Positions 63,981 through 64,000 of a stretch of DNA of 64,000 nucleotides are shown piece by piece (the first letter of the stretch is position 1; every line of letters begins with the position of its first letter). Source of the DNA: Escherichia phage Mansfield. The notes beneath the pieces are model-generated. The model was not told the DNA's origin, did no database searches, and saw only the letters and a program-made list of their open reading frames with translations. The stretch lies in the sequence record MK903282.1. One strand, written 5' to 3'. The position numbers and the translations under genes were made by a program.

Positions 63981-64000
63981 TGAAAAAAACAATTAACTCC

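Noticed and set aside
1-64000. tRNA genes, integrase/repressor lysogeny module, Z-genome (PurZ) or deazaguanine (DpdA/Que) modification genes
   Set aside because: No cloverleaf-like T-loop signatures (GTTCGAATC-type) were spotted, no tyrosine or serine recombinase motifs, and no adenylosuccinate-synthetase-like or Que-like ORFs. MazG alone is common in phages and not diagnostic.

Overview
This window reads as a contiguous segment of a virulent tailed-phage genome (myovirus-like; no integrase, tRNA, rRNA or CRISPR array recognised). All calls come from reading the ORF translations and DNA by eye; no database search was run. Layout: (1) 1-5212, a minus-strand left arm with small hypothetical and membrane proteins plus a large tail fiber ending in a self-cleaving chaperone-type domain. 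(2) 5331-33889, a plus-strand morphogenesis module: terminase large subunit, portal with an unusual C-terminal pyrophosphatase-like domain, MuF-like head protein, scaffold, major capsid candidate, neck proteins, sheath-like and tube-like proteins, tape measure with a lytic transglycosylase domain, baseplate proteins, a His-rich fiber and a GH19 endolysin. It is interrupted at 11.9-12.3 kb by an AT-rich block flanked by 9-bp repeats. (3) 33915-51612, a minus-strand block: a two-gene secreted/membrane cassette, DNA ligase, MazG-like protein, spanin pair, SSB candidate, SNF2 helicase, VRR-NUC nuclease, DnaE-type polymerase with separate DnaQ-like exonuclease, a five-enzyme metabolic island (VOC-like, SDR, HAD, ThyX-like, FAD-binding protein), a long charged-helix protein and a Dda-like helicase. 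(4) 51773-63520, a plus-strand early block with a primase-polymerase, a VirE-like ATPase and about 25 small ORFs. (5) 63540-64000, a noncoding, strongly G+T-skewed block carrying a second copy of the repeat module seen at 12 kb. The most interesting candidates are the portal-pyrophosphatase fusion, the ThyX-centred metabolic island (possible nucleotide or DNA modification), and the repeat/AT-rich origin-like elements.
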